From: an uncultured bacterium
GTDB lineage: Bacteria; Planctomycetota; UBA1135; GCA-002686595
Assembly: GCA_943787795.1 (NCBI GenBank)
Contig: CALSNU010000002.1
Location: 192,001 to 256,000, forward strand
Direction of reading: 5' to 3'
Length of the DNA: 64,000 bases
Under the pieces are notes generated by a model. The model saw nothing but the letters and a program-made list of their open reading frames with translations, made no database searches and was not told the origin of the DNA. Of this stretch, positions 19,316 to 28,899 are shown one piece after another. A program made the position numbers and the translations under genes. The first letter of the stretch is position 1. Every line of letters starts with the position of its first letter.

Positions 19316-20845
19316 TCAGGCGACGCCGGAGCGTCGAACTACCGGCGCAGCGGCCTGGCTCAGTTGCCGGTCGCTGGCGCCCAGTCCACGAAGGATCTCC
19401 ACGGCCACTCTGCGCCCCCCGGCTGCCACGGCGAGCGTGCTCTGCCCCGGGAAGACGCTGTCCCCCACCAGGTGGAACCCCTTCGGGAGGCGCTCGCCGA
19501 GGACGCCCGCGTAGACACCCAGCCCAGCCCGCCTCGGGATCCCACCAACCAGGCCATCCGACCGGCCGGTCCAGCGCTTGAAGGTGCGCGCGGAGCCCGT
19601 GAACTCACGCACGACCCCGCACCACTCCGGCGCGAGCTCCGCGACCGTGCGGCGCATCCGGTCCTGGATCTGCTGGACGTACGCCCTGCCCCCGTCTTGG
19701 TCTCCTCGGATCCGGTCGACCGAGATGTGGGTGGAGAGCGTGGCCCGGCGGAGGGCAGGGTTGCTGACCCCCTCCTGCTCGGCGCCGATGGACATGAACA
19801 CGTGGTTCCCCTCCAGGAACGGCGCCCCGGGATCGGCCACCATCTCGAGGTGCTGGGCGCCGGGGCCGCAGCCCTCGGGCGGCCGCACCGTGCGGAAGAT
19901 CATCCCCGCGCTCCAGCCGCCAGACACCCGCCTCGACAGCCTCTTGAGCACCGGGTCGTCCAGCCCGGCGATCCGCGCCGCGTCCTGGGGCAGGGTGTTG
20001 AAGACGATGTGCGGTGCGCTCACCTCCTCACCGCCGCCGCTCGCGCTCCAGAGCCCGCGCGGGTCACGGTCCACGCCGCGAATCGGAGCACCGAAGTGGA
20101 CGCGCCCGCCGAGGGCCTCGATGGCGTGCACCATCCCCCAGGCCAGCTCGCCGATGCCGCCCTTCACGTGGACGGCGCCGCGGTGGTGATAGTCGAGGGC
20201 GGCCAGGGCGAAGGGCGCCTCTGCTTCCCTCACCCCGCACTGGACGGTGATCTGGCACTGGGAATCGAGCCAGTGCACGAGGGGGTCAAAGCCGGTCAGG
20301 CCGTAGCGCTCCAGGACTCGCCACAGGGGCCGGCCGACGAGCCCGGCCAGGGGCAGGTATGAGCCCAGCCGCGCCGCGTGCCGCGCGAGCGCGCGCGCGT
20401 TGAACGGAGGCAGGAGCTCGGCGTCATCGAGGAGCGGCCAGAGGGCCGCCGCCACGCGCTCCTGGAGGCGAAAGAAGCGACGCAGGCCGCGGACAGGCGC
20501 GCCGTCCATGCGTTCGAATTGCGCGAGCAGCGCGTCCCGGTCCCGATGCGCCAGGATCGAACGCCCTGGTGTCCGGAGCTCCAGGGCTGGGTCGAGGCGC
20601 TCGAACTCCACGGCCATCCCGTGACGCCTGATCCACTGGCCGAAGATCTGCTCGTCATCGAAGCCCGAGAACAGCGTCGCGCCGCCCTCGAATCGATCGC
20701 CGTCGTGGTCGAAGGTGCAGGCGCAACCGCCCGGATAGGTCAGCCGCTCGAAGAGGCGGACCTTGGCCCCGCGCTCGGCGAGGGAGAGCGCCGTCCCCAG
20801 CCCGCCGAACCCGGCGCCAACGACGATGGCGTCCGCGCGGCTCAT
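19316..20845 (-). CDS. Phytoene desaturase family FAD oxidoreductase (CrtD/CrtI-like)
   Basis: IVVGAGFGGL dinucleotide fold, YPGGCACTF, FEGGATLFSG and GDSVFPGQST. The ATG at 20845 overlaps the upstream stop. Confidence 0.85.
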   Translation of the reverse strand: MSRADAIVVGAGFGGLGTALSLAERGAKVRLFERLTYPGGCACTFDHDGDRFEGGATLFSGFDDEQIFGQWIRRHGMAVEFERLDPALELRTPGRSILAHRDRDALLAQFERMDGAPVRGLRRFFRLQERVAAALWPLLDDAELLPPFNARALARHAARLGSYLPLAGLVGRPLWRVLERYGLTGFDPLVHWLDSQCQITVQCGVREAEAPFALAALDYHHRGAVHVKGGIGELAWGMVHAIEALGGRVHFGAPIRGVDRDPRGLWSASGGGEEVSAPHIVFNTLPQDAARIAGLDDPVLKRLSRRVSGGWSAGMIFRTVRPPEGCGPGAQHLEMVADPGAPFLEGNHVFMSIGAEQEGVSNPALRRATLSTHISVDRIRGDQDGGRAYVQQIQDRMRRTVAELAPEWCGVVREFTGSARTFKRWTGRSDGLVGGIPRRAGLGVYAGVLGERLPKGFHLVGDSVFPGQSTLAVAAGGRRVAVEILRGLGASDRQLSQAAAPVVRRSGVA

Positions 20846-21294
20846 GCCATCGCCTCGCCGTCCAGCAGCCGCACCATCACCCAGCCGACCAGCACGCCCC
20901 GCGCGGTCCACGCGAGCGTGCGGACGAGGTTGCCCGCCATCAGCGCGCGGTGGGTCGATTCATCAAAGCCCTGCTCGAGCCGACCGTGCTGCGGGACGGC
21001 GAAGAGGGCCGTCTCCAGCCACACCAAGCCCAGCAGCGCCAGGCCGACGATCCACACCCGGCCGTCGATCCCCGCGGGAGGCGAGAGCCAGAGTGTGATC
21101 GCGGTCAGCAGCTCCACGAGCATCAACGGTCCCACCACGAGCGAGATCCGCTGCATGTGTGACTCGTGGTAGGCACGGAAGCCCGAGCCCACGGATGCGA
21201 AGAGCGGATAGTGCACCACGTGGATCGTCCAGATCAGCCCCACCAGCGCCCAGGTGGACGCGGCGTGCGTGGCGAGGAGCAGTCCACCTGACAA
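20842..21294 (-). CDS. Small multi-pass membrane protein (conserved hypothetical)
   Basis: GLIWTIHVVHYPLF, YHESH and VPQHGRL motifs with about four hydrophobic segments. It is in-operon. Confidence 0.75.
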   Translation of the reverse strand: MSGGLLLATHAASTWALVGLIWTIHVVHYPLFASVGSGFRAYHESHMQRISLVVGPLMLVELLTAITLWLSPPAGIDGRVWIVGLALLGLVWLETALFAVPQHGRLEQGFDESTHRALMAGNLVRTLAWTARGVLVGWVMVRLLDGEAMA

Positions 21295-21304
21295 GGCCGA
21301 TCCC

Positions 21305-22039
21305 TCAGCGCGTCCGCGCAGAAGAGAGGCCGCCGTCGACGCCGAGGATCTGCCCGGTCACCCAGCCCTGGCTCGGGTCGAGCATCCACTCGATGGCGCT
21401 GGCGACCTCGTCGGGCTCGCCGATCCGCCCGAGGGCGTGCATGGCGCGGGACGTCTCGAGCGCCTTCTCGGAGCTCGTGATCGGCGCGGCGAGCGGCGTG
21501 TCCACGAGGCCGGGGGCGACGACGTTGACGCGGATCCCCTGGGGGGCGTAGGTCGCGGCGGCTGAGAGAGCGAGCCCCTGGACGCCAGCCTTCGCGGCGG
21601 CGATGGCCTCGTGGTTGGGGAGGCCCGTGCGAGCGGCCGCGGTGCTGACCAGGACGATCGAGCCCCCACCGCGGCGCAGGGCGGCGGCGCCGGCGTGGAC
21701 CGTGGCGAAGGCCGAGCGGAGGTTGGTCCGGACCGTGGCGTCGAAGTCCTCGACCTTGGTCATGTGCGCGGGACGGAGGAGGATCGATCCCACGCTGTTG
21801 ACGATGCCGTCGAAGCGGCCGTGGGCCTCCTTACAGCGCTCGATGGCCGCCTTCACGTCGGCGGGCTCGGCGGCGTCGAGGGCCATGTGAGGCGCGTCGA
21901 GCTCCTCACCCAGGGCGGCGAGCTTGGCCTCATCGCGGGCGGCCAGCAGCAGGCGACCGCCGCGTCCTGAAATGCGACGGCAGAGCGCGCTGCCGATGCC
22001 CCCGGTCGCGCCGAGGATGACGTATGCATGGTCCTTCAC
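21305..22039 (-). CDS. Short-chain dehydrogenase/reductase (SDR)
   Basis: LGATGGIG, NLRSAF and IRVNVVAPG motifs. The catalytic segment is atypical (HEAIAAAK, not YxxxK). Start set at GTG 22039. Confidence 0.88.
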   Translation of the reverse strand: MKDHAYVILGATGGIGSALCRRISGRGGRLLLAARDEAKLAALGEELDAPHMALDAAEPADVKAAIERCKEAHGRFDGIVNSVGSILLRPAHMTKVEDFDATVRTNLRSAFATVHAGAAALRRGGGSIVLVSTAAARTGLPNHEAIAAAKAGVQGLALSAAATYAPQGIRVNVVAPGLVDTPLAAPITSSEKALETSRAMHALGRIGEPDEVASAIEWMLDPSQGWVTGQILGVDGGLSSARTR

Positions 22040-22136
22040 AGGGCGAAGTTCGCGCCGCCAGGCCCCCGGGATGCGGGGCAACGGGCTCTCTGGGGTGCCC
22101 GGGGGCCCCATGCCAGCGGCCCGGAGATGCGGTTCA

Positions 22137-22200
22137 CTGGGATCAGAGATCTGCTGGGATCACAGATCTCTGGGGATCACAGATCTCCTGGGATCACAGA
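22137..22200. repeat. Tandem ~17-bp repeat (CTGGGATCACAGATCT) x4 containing 7 GATC sites
   Basis: Read directly: ctgggatcagagatctg / ctgggatcacagatct / ctggggatcacagatctc / ctgggatcacaga. Confidence 0.9.
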
Positions 22201-22236
22201 GGGGGGAGGCGCCGACACCCGCCGCTCCCGCTCCGG

Positions 22237-23868
22237 TCACTCCTCAGCGGCTGCGGCGACTCCCTCGGGCGTGAGCCGCTCGCCGGCCTCGAGGACCTCT
22301 CGAACGTGGTCGAAGATTCGCCCGTCCGCGGCCCGCTTCTCGGGAGCTCGCTTGGCCAGGGAGCGCAGCGGCATGGAGACCCGCTGGTTGCCCTCGAGCG
22401 AGCCCGCGTGCCGCTGGAAGTAGGCCCAGTAGAGTCGCGTGATCGGGCAGGTCTTCTTGGGGTGGAAGGCGCAGCCCCCGCAGAAGTCACTCATCCGGTC
22501 GATGTAGGCGGCGCCCGAGATGTAGGGCTTGGTGGTCATGGCCTCGCCGACCCCAAAGGTGCCCATGCCGAGCACGTTGGGCTCCACCACCCAGTCATAG
22601 GCGTCCACGTAGCAGGCCCAGAACCAGTCCGTCAGCTCACGGGGCGACACGTCCAGGAGCGTCCCCAGGTTCGCGAGCACCATCAGCCGCTCGATGTGGT
22701 GGCCGTAGCCGTCCCGCAGGACGCGGCCCGCCGAGACGTCGAGGCAGTCGAGGCCGGACGCCTGGCCCCAGTACGCCTCCGGGAGCGAGCGGGACGCGCC
22801 CAGCGCGCTTGGAGCCGCCCCGCGCAGCTCCGCCGGCGGCCGCTCCAGCCGGACGTTCTCCGGCAGGTCGCGGAAGCCGTCCGTGGCGCGGTGCACGTGC
22901 CGCACGAACTCGCGCCAGCCGAGGATCTGGCGGATGAAGCCCTCCCGGGACGCGATCGGCGCGTCCATGGACGCGACGTCGTCGACGACTTCCCGGGGCA
23001 GGAGCCGGTGCAGATGGAGCAGCGGGGAGATGCGCGTGTGGAAGAGGTTGTCCTCCTCCCGACTCATGGCGTCCTCGTAGGGACCAAAGGAGTCCATGCA
23101 CTCGGCCTGCGCCCACGCCCACACCTTGCTGGCGTGGGTCGCGCGGGTCGGTATCGAGCCGGGGTCAAGCGTTCCGGGGTGGTCCGCGTAGCGCTCCTCG
23201 ATGAGCTCGGCGACCTCGCGCTCGATGTCCCCGTGCCGGAAGCGGGGCACGGCGGGGGCGGGGGGGTCCCCCGGCCAAGGGAGGCGGTTCTCCCCGTCGA
23301 AGCTGGCCTTGCCGCCCTCGTACTTGCCAGCGCTGTCCATCAGGATCCCGGTGCGCTTGCGGACGTGGCGGTAGAAGCGGTCCATGCGCCAGGGAGCCTC
23401 GGCGCCGGTCCCCTTGACGAAGTCGTCGGCGGTGGTGAGCCACCCCTCGTGAGGCCGGGTCTCGAGGAGCCCCTCCACCACGAGGGCCTCGAGCTCCGCC
23501 CGGAGCTCCCGCTCGGCGGGCTCCATGTGCAGGAGCGGCCCGAGCTCGGTCGCCGCGGCCCGCAGGGGCTCCGCGTATCCCTCGCCCTCGCCCGCGACCA
23601 GGTAGCGCACCTGGACCCCGCGCCCCGCCTGCTCGAGGGCGAAGCGCCGCTGGTTGGCGAGCACGAGGAAGAGCTTCTGCTTGTGGTAGGGGCGGCGGCT
23701 GGCCTTGCCGGGGCACTCCACCATCACGATCCCCGCCTCGGTGGGCTTCAGCGCCGCGAGGGGACCGATCCCGTGGCTGAGCTGGTCATAGGGCACGTAC
23801 ACCCAGGACCGCTCGGGGCCGTCGCCCGCGGGGTTCGCCTTGGCGAGCTGCTCGAGGAAGGCTCTCAA
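22237..23868 (-). CDS. Cryptochrome/photolyase, FeS-BCP (PhrB/CryB-like) class
   Basis: YHKQKL, WRMDRFYR, FGPYEDAM, EGFIRQILGWREF, HHIERLMV, DAYDWVVEPNV and TKPYISGAAYIDRMSDFC. Four Cys (DCLD, FCGGC, TCP) fit a 4Fe-4S cluster. Confidence 0.92.
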   Translation of the reverse strand: MRAFLEQLAKANPAGDGPERSWVYVPYDQLSHGIGPLAALKPTEAGIVMVECPGKASRRPYHKQKLFLVLANQRRFALEQAGRGVQVRYLVAGEGEGYAEPLRAAATELGPLLHMEPAERELRAELEALVVEGLLETRPHEGWLTTADDFVKGTGAEAPWRMDRFYRHVRKRTGILMDSAGKYEGGKASFDGENRLPWPGDPPAPAVPRFRHGDIEREVAELIEERYADHPGTLDPGSIPTRATHASKVWAWAQAECMDSFGPYEDAMSREEDNLFHTRISPLLHLHRLLPREVVDDVASMDAPIASREGFIRQILGWREFVRHVHRATDGFRDLPENVRLERPPAELRGAAPSALGASRSLPEAYWGQASGLDCLDVSAGRVLRDGYGHHIERLMVLANLGTLLDVSPRELTDWFWACYVDAYDWVVEPNVLGMGTFGVGEAMTTKPYISGAAYIDRMSDFCGGCAFHPKKTCPITRLYWAYFQRHAGSLEGNQRVSMPLRSLAKRAPEKRAADGRIFDHVREVLEAGERLTPEGVAAAAEE

Positions 23869-24007
23869 GATCTCTCACCCAGGGTCAGGGAAGCACTCCG
23901 GATGCCTCCAGGCTGTTGCCCGCACCGAAGACCGGGCTGATGAAGGACTCGATTGGAATGGCGCACGGCGGGCTCTTCGAGTCGCGCCCTCGCATGGAGG
24001 CGCGTCG

Positions 24008-24748
24008 ATGAGCCGCGGCCCCCTCGTCCTCGGCGACATGGGCCACTCGCTCTCGCGCCTGAACCGGGCCCGGGCCACGTGCCGCGGCCTGGGCTTTGAC
24101 CTCAAGGAGGTCCTCTACCCCGGCTTCGAGGGACGGCCGCTGGCGCCCAACTTCGACGCCTTCATGGAGCAGGTGGAGCTCCAGGTCGACGTCTACCGCC
24201 TCTCCCACTCGCGGCCCCTGATCTACGCGACGGGGTTCGGGAGCCTCGTGCTCCTGGCGCTGAGGGCCCGGGCCAAGGTCCCCGACCTCCCCTCCATCAT
24301 CCAGGGCGCCGTGCCCTGGGAGACCGTCCGCGCCCGCGGGTCCGGGGACGCCAGCAGCGGCGTCCAGGATCAGAGCCGGTTGGCGGACCCGGAGGAGCAG
24401 GAGCGCTTCATGCAGGAGCACTTCTTCTCCCCCCTGGACGCCGATGAGCGGCGGTCATTCTTCTCAGGCATCGCCACGTGTTCTGCCTACCCTCACCTCT
24501 ATGAGTGGGTCGACGCGGGCTGGCTCGCCTCGTTGGAGGGCACCCTCGCCGGCCGCCCTCCGGCCATCGACGACATCCGAGTCTGGCTCTGCGGCCAGGA
24601 CGAGCTGACGGACGAGGAGGAGCACGACGCCGCCCTGCGCGCGCTGGGGGCCGAGTGGCCCACGGAGCGGGCCGAGCACTGGGGCCACTTCCCCTACATC
24701 GATGACCCCGGCCCATGGATCGGGGCAATTCAGGCCGCTGGAGTCTGA
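24008..24748 (+). CDS. Alpha/beta-hydrolase-fold-like protein
   Basis: YPGFEG, YATGFGS (nucleophile-elbow-like but lacking Ser) and WGHFPYID. Start set at ATG 24008. Confidence 0.6.
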   Translation: MSRGPLVLGDMGHSLSRLNRARATCRGLGFDLKEVLYPGFEGRPLAPNFDAFMEQVELQVDVYRLSHSRPLIYATGFGSLVLLALRARAKVPDLPSIIQGAVPWETVRARGSGDASSGVQDQSRLADPEEQERFMQEHFFSPLDADERRSFFSGIATCSAYPHLYEWVDAGWLASLEGTLAGRPPAIDDIRVWLCGQDELTDEEEHDAALRALGAEWPTERAEHWGHFPYIDDPGPWIGAIQAAGV

Positions 24749-24771
24749 GGCCCGGGGCGTATCCTCTTTCC

Positions 24772-26148
24772 ATGACCGTCGGAGGGGAGCCAGAGTTCAT
24801 TGGACGACAGGGCGAGCTCAAGGTCCTGGAGGAGCTCGCGGGCTCTGGCCGGCCTGAGTTCTTCGTGCTCTACGGCCGCCGCCGGGTGGGCAAGACCGAG
24901 CTCCTGCAGCGCCTGTGCTCCGGAGAGCACCGCGCGGTCTACTTCCTGGCGGCCCAGGTCCGCGAGAAGGACAACCTGCGGTCGTTCAAGGAGGCCCTGA
25001 AGGACGGGCTGGGCGGGGACTCCTTGCTGGACGGGATCGAGCTCCCCGACTGGAGCGCGGCGCTCGGCTTCGCGGCCGAGCGCGCAGGCGACGAACGCCT
25101 GATCCTGGTGCTCGACGAGTTCCCCTACCTGTGCGACTCGACCAAGGGGCTCCCGAGCCAGCTCCAGCAGTTCTGGGACACGCGCGGCAAGCGCTCATCC
25201 CTGATGCTCGTGCTGTGCGGGAGCCAGGTGTCCTTCATGGAGAAGGAGGTCCTCGCGGAGCGGTCGCCGCTCTTCGGGCGGCGCACGGGCCAGCGGCGCC
25301 TCGAGCCCCTGCGCCCCACCGAGGCGCTGAACTTCTTCCCGGGCTGGTCGGTACGCCAGCGGATCGAGGCCTTCTCGATCCTCGGCGGCATGCCCGCCTA
25401 CCTGCGGCGCTTCGACGACAGCAAGAGCGTCGAGGAGAACATCGTCACGGAGATCCTGCGACCGGAGGGGTACCTGTTCGACGAGGTCCAGTTCCTGCTG
25501 CGCTCGGAGCTCACGACGCCGCATACATACAACTCGATCCTCGCGGCGGTGGCCAAGGGCGCCAGCCGCATCGGCGATATTGCGGTCCGCGTCGGAGTCG
25601 ACTCGCCCACGGCCAGCAAGTACCTGCACGTCTTGCGAGAGCTGCGGCTCGTGGACCGCGAGGTCCCGATCACCGACCCGGATCCGCTCCGCTCGAGGAA
25701 GGGCCGCTATCGCATCTCGGACCGCTTCCTCGCGTTCCACTTCCGCTTTCTCCAGCCCCACCTCTCCCTCGTCCATGCGGGTCGAGGAGAGCGAGTCCTC
25801 TCCGAATTCGTCCGGCCCCAGATGGACGCGCTCTTCGACGACGCCCGGGTGGACTTCGTCATGGATCACCTGCGGCGGGAGGCCGCCGAGATCGTCGGCT
25901 CCGAGCTCGTCGAGGTGGGCCGCTTCGAAGGCAAGTACGTGCGAGCCGTCGGGAGGACCTCCGACGAGCGTACGGTCGCGGCGGTCGTCGTCCCCGGGGG
26001 CACCCGCTCCACCGCCACCCTCGAGAACGAGCTGGGCGGCCTGAGGGCGGTCTTCGGGGATGACCCGATCAAGCTGGTCTACGGCATCACCTCGCGCGCA
26101 GATCGCCCCCTCGAGGTGGAGCGGGTCCCCGAGGGAGAGCTCCTCTGA
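24772..26148 (+). CDS. Archaeal-type AAA ATPase (ATPase_2 family) with wHTH region
   Basis: FIGRQGEL, Walker A YGRRRVGKT, Walker B LVLDEFPY, LCGS, SPLFGRRT and GGMPAYL. Confidence 0.9.
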   Translation: MTVGGEPEFIGRQGELKVLEELAGSGRPEFFVLYGRRRVGKTELLQRLCSGEHRAVYFLAAQVREKDNLRSFKEALKDGLGGDSLLDGIELPDWSAALGFAAERAGDERLILVLDEFPYLCDSTKGLPSQLQQFWDTRGKRSSLMLVLCGSQVSFMEKEVLAERSPLFGRRTGQRRLEPLRPTEALNFFPGWSVRQRIEAFSILGGMPAYLRRFDDSKSVEENIVTEILRPEGYLFDEVQFLLRSELTTPHTYNSILAAVAKGASRIGDIAVRVGVDSPTASKYLHVLRELRLVDREVPITDPDPLRSRKGRYRISDRFLAFHFRFLQPHLSLVHAGRGERVLSEFVRPQMDALFDDARVDFVMDHLRREAAEIVGSELVEVGRFEGKYVRAVGRTSDERTVAAVVVPGGTRSTATLENELGGLRAVFGDDPIKLVYGITSRADRPLEVERVPEGELL

Positions 26149-26190
26149 GGACGGGCCCCGCCGGTAGCTCGACGGGGGTAGACTCCCGCC

Positions 26191-26526
26191 GTGTCTCTGG
26201 AGGATGAGTTTCAGCGCTACTTCGACTCCGTCGGCGACGGACAGGACCGCTGCTACCTGTGCCGTCGGTCGCCCAAGGAGGTGAAGCTGTTCTTCGGCTT
26301 CGACGAGGACGGAGTGCCCCTGAAGGCCGCCGCGCACGGGATCGAAGACGTGGTCCTCGAGGAGATGGACATCATGAGCTACCGGGGCCCGCGCCCCGTG
26401 TGTGCCGTTTGCCAGCTCAACGTGGACGCGATCAGCGCCCTGGGCGAGGAGGCGATCTTCAGGCAGGTGGTGGCCCGCATGCGTGAGAACCGCGACGACC
26501 TGTGGCCAGGGAACTCCGGCTCATGA
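26191..26526 (+). CDS. Small CxxC...CxxC putative zinc-binding protein
   Basis: CYLC and CAVC motifs. The stop overlaps the ClC start. Confidence 0.7.
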   Translation: MSLEDEFQRYFDSVGDGQDRCYLCRRSPKEVKLFFGFDEDGVPLKAAAHGIEDVVLEEMDIMSYRGPRPVCAVCQLNVDAISALGEEAIFRQVVARMRENRDDLWPGNSGS

Positions 26527-28400
26527 AGGGGAGCTCCGACGAACCCGACTCCGAGCCGATGCGTACCGAGAGCACGCCGGGCCAACGGTCGAGCGCCGGC
26601 GAGTGGCTTCAGCTGCGCGGCTTCACCAAGTGGATCGCCCTCGCGGCGCTCATCGGCGTCCTCGGGGGCGTGGCGGCCTCAGCCTTCACCGAGCTCGTGG
26701 ACGCGGCGAAGGAATACGGCTTCGGCCGCATCGCGGGAACGACCGAGGGCGGCGTGCTGCGGACCGCCAACCCGCTGCTGGTCCTCGCCCTGCCGGCCCT
26801 CGGCGGCCTGCTCGTCGGCCTGACGATCCACCTGACAGGGACGGAGCGAGATGGGGCCGGCACCGACGCGGTCATCCGGGCGTTTCACCGGATGAAGGGC
26901 CGGGTCCGCGGGCGCGTCGCCGCCGTGACCGCCGTGGCGTCGACCCTGACCATCGGCTCGGGCGGCTCGGGCGGCCGGGAGGGTCCGGTCTCCCAGATCG
27001 GAGCGGCCATCGGCAGCACCATCGCGGACCGCCTCAACTTCTCCGATCGCGACCGACGCCTGATGCTGATGGCGGGCGGCAGCGCGGGGGTCGGCGCGAT
27101 GTTCGCCTCCCCCCTCGGCGGCGCGCTATTCCTCCCCGAGGTGATGTACCGCCGCGGGGAGTTCGAGGGCGACGCGATCATCCCCTGCGTCGTGTCCTCC
27201 TCCGTGGCCTACGCCACCTTCGCCGCGATCCTCGGGGAGGAGCGGGCGGTGATGATCCCCCGGGAGGTGGTGGAGCACCTCTCCTTTGGAGGGCTGAAGC
27301 AGATCGGCGGCTACATCGTCCTCGGCGTCCTCGCCGCAGCCGTGGGCTGGCTCTTCGTCCACGGGATTCGCGCCGTGGAGCGGCTCTTCCGGAGCATCCC
27401 GCTGGTCCCCGGGATCATGCGGCCCGCCCTCGGGGGGCTGCTGGTGGGCGCGATCGCCCTCGCGCTCCGCCCCGTCGTCGAGGGACCGGGCGTGGCCTTC
27501 AGCGGCTACGCCCTGGTGGAGTCCGCGCTCTCCGGAGCGCTCGGCCTGAAGGTGCTCACGCTGCTCATCGTGGCCAAGGTCCTGGCCACCGCGGTCACCG
27601 CGGGGTCAGGCGGTGCGGGCGGCCTCTTCGCCCCAGCCCTCAGCCTCGGTGCCGTCCTCGGCGCCGCTGTGGGCATGGGTGCGGACACCATCTTCCCGGG
27701 CCTCGACCTGGACCCCGCCGAGTTTGCCCTCGTTGGAATGGGTGGGTTCTTCGCAGGCGTGGCCAAGGTCCCCATCGCAGCCGTCGTGATGGTCAGCGAG
27801 ATGACCGGCAACTACGACCTGCTCGCACCGCTCATGATCGTGGCGGTCGTCCACATGACCCTCTCCACGCGGTGGTCTCTGTACCCCTCTCAGGTCGGCG
27901 GCCCCGTGGACTCCCCGGCCCACGTGGGGGAGTACATCGTGGACGTCCTCCAGAGCCTGAAGGTCTCTGACGTGCTGGATCCATCCATGCAGCCCACCCT
28001 CATCCACGAGACCACGACCCTGCGCCGGGCCATGCGGATCGTGAGCGACTCCCGGGAGACCCACTTTCCGGTCGTGGACGACGACGGCAACCTCGTGGGG
28101 ATCTTCTCCCTGAGCGACCTGCGGCGGATCTTCCTCGAGCACGAGGTCCAGGACATCGTCGTGGCCCGCGACTTCATGCGGGAGCAGGTCGCCACCGTGA
28201 CCGCCGATGACTCGCTCCACGACGTTCAGAGGCTGTTCACGCGACGTGGGGTGAGCGCCCTCCCGGTGGTGGACGGCTCCGATACGAGGCGGGTGGTGGC
28301 GTTCCTGAAGCGAAACGACGTGGGCAAGGCCTACGCCGAGCGTCTCAAGGAGTTGAAAGGCGCCTCCAACGCGGTTTCAGGTCCGCGCCCGGGGGCCTAA
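26523..28400 (+). CDS. ClC chloride channel/transporter with two CBS domains
   Basis: GSGGSGGREGP, GGLFAP and VMVSEMTG motifs, many TM helices and a C-terminal CBS pair (FPVVDDDGNLVGI). Confidence 0.93.
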   Translation: MKGSSDEPDSEPMRTESTPGQRSSAGEWLQLRGFTKWIALAALIGVLGGVAASAFTELVDAAKEYGFGRIAGTTEGGVLRTANPLLVLALPALGGLLVGLTIHLTGTERDGAGTDAVIRAFHRMKGRVRGRVAAVTAVASTLTIGSGGSGGREGPVSQIGAAIGSTIADRLNFSDRDRRLMLMAGGSAGVGAMFASPLGGALFLPEVMYRRGEFEGDAIIPCVVSSSVAYATFAAILGEERAVMIPREVVEHLSFGGLKQIGGYIVLGVLAAAVGWLFVHGIRAVERLFRSIPLVPGIMRPALGGLLVGAIALALRPVVEGPGVAFSGYALVESALSGALGLKVLTLLIVAKVLATAVTAGSGGAGGLFAPALSLGAVLGAAVGMGADTIFPGLDLDPAEFALVGMGGFFAGVAKVPIAAVVMVSEMTGNYDLLAPLMIVAVVHMTLSTRWSLYPSQVGGPVDSPAHVGEYIVDVLQSLKVSDVLDPSMQPTLIHETTTLRRAMRIVSDSRETHFPVVDDDGNLVGIFSLSDLRRIFLEHEVQDIVVARDFMREQVATVTADDSLHDVQRLFTRRGVSALPVVDGSDTRRVVAFLKRNDVGKAYAERLKELKGASNAVSGPRPGA

Positions 28401-28485
28401 GATCCCATGCCAGCGCGCGGCTGCCCTAGCCCCCCCTGGATCAGACTTCCCTACCAGCCCGAACCCAGCCAACCCCGAGAGCCCC

Positions 28486-28899
28486 ATGTACGACCCGCAG
28501 ATGGTCCAGCCTTTCCGCGACGAACTCACCTCGATCGGAGTCAAGGAGCTCCTGACCTCCGAGGATGTCGACACCGCGGTCAAGGCCGCGGGGACGACGC
28601 TCGTCTTCGTCAATTCCGTGTGCGGCTGCGCGGCGGGGTCGGCCCGACCGGGCCTGCGTCTCTCGATGATGAGCGAGGTGAAGCCCGACAACGTCGTCAC
28701 GGTCTTCGCTGGCATGGAGCGTGAGGCCACCGAGCGCGCGCGCGAGTACTTCAAGCCGTACCAGCCCAGCTCCCCACAGATCGCGCTCATGAAGGACGGC
28801 CAGCTCGTCCATATGATCCAGCGCCATGACATCGAGGGGCAGCAGGCCGACGCCGTCGCGAAGAACCTCTCCGAGGCGTACGCCAAGCACTGCGAATGA
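28486..28899 (+). CDS. BrxA/BrxB (YphP/YqiW) family bacilliredoxin-like disulfide isomerase
   Basis: VNSVCGCAAGSARP, TVFAG, PSSP and RHDIEG signature motifs. Confidence 0.92.
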   Translation: MYDPQMVQPFRDELTSIGVKELLTSEDVDTAVKAAGTTLVFVNSVCGCAAGSARPGLRLSMMSEVKPDNVVTVFAGMEREATERAREYFKPYQPSSPQIALMKDGQLVHMIQRHDIEGQQADAVAKNLSEAYAKHCE

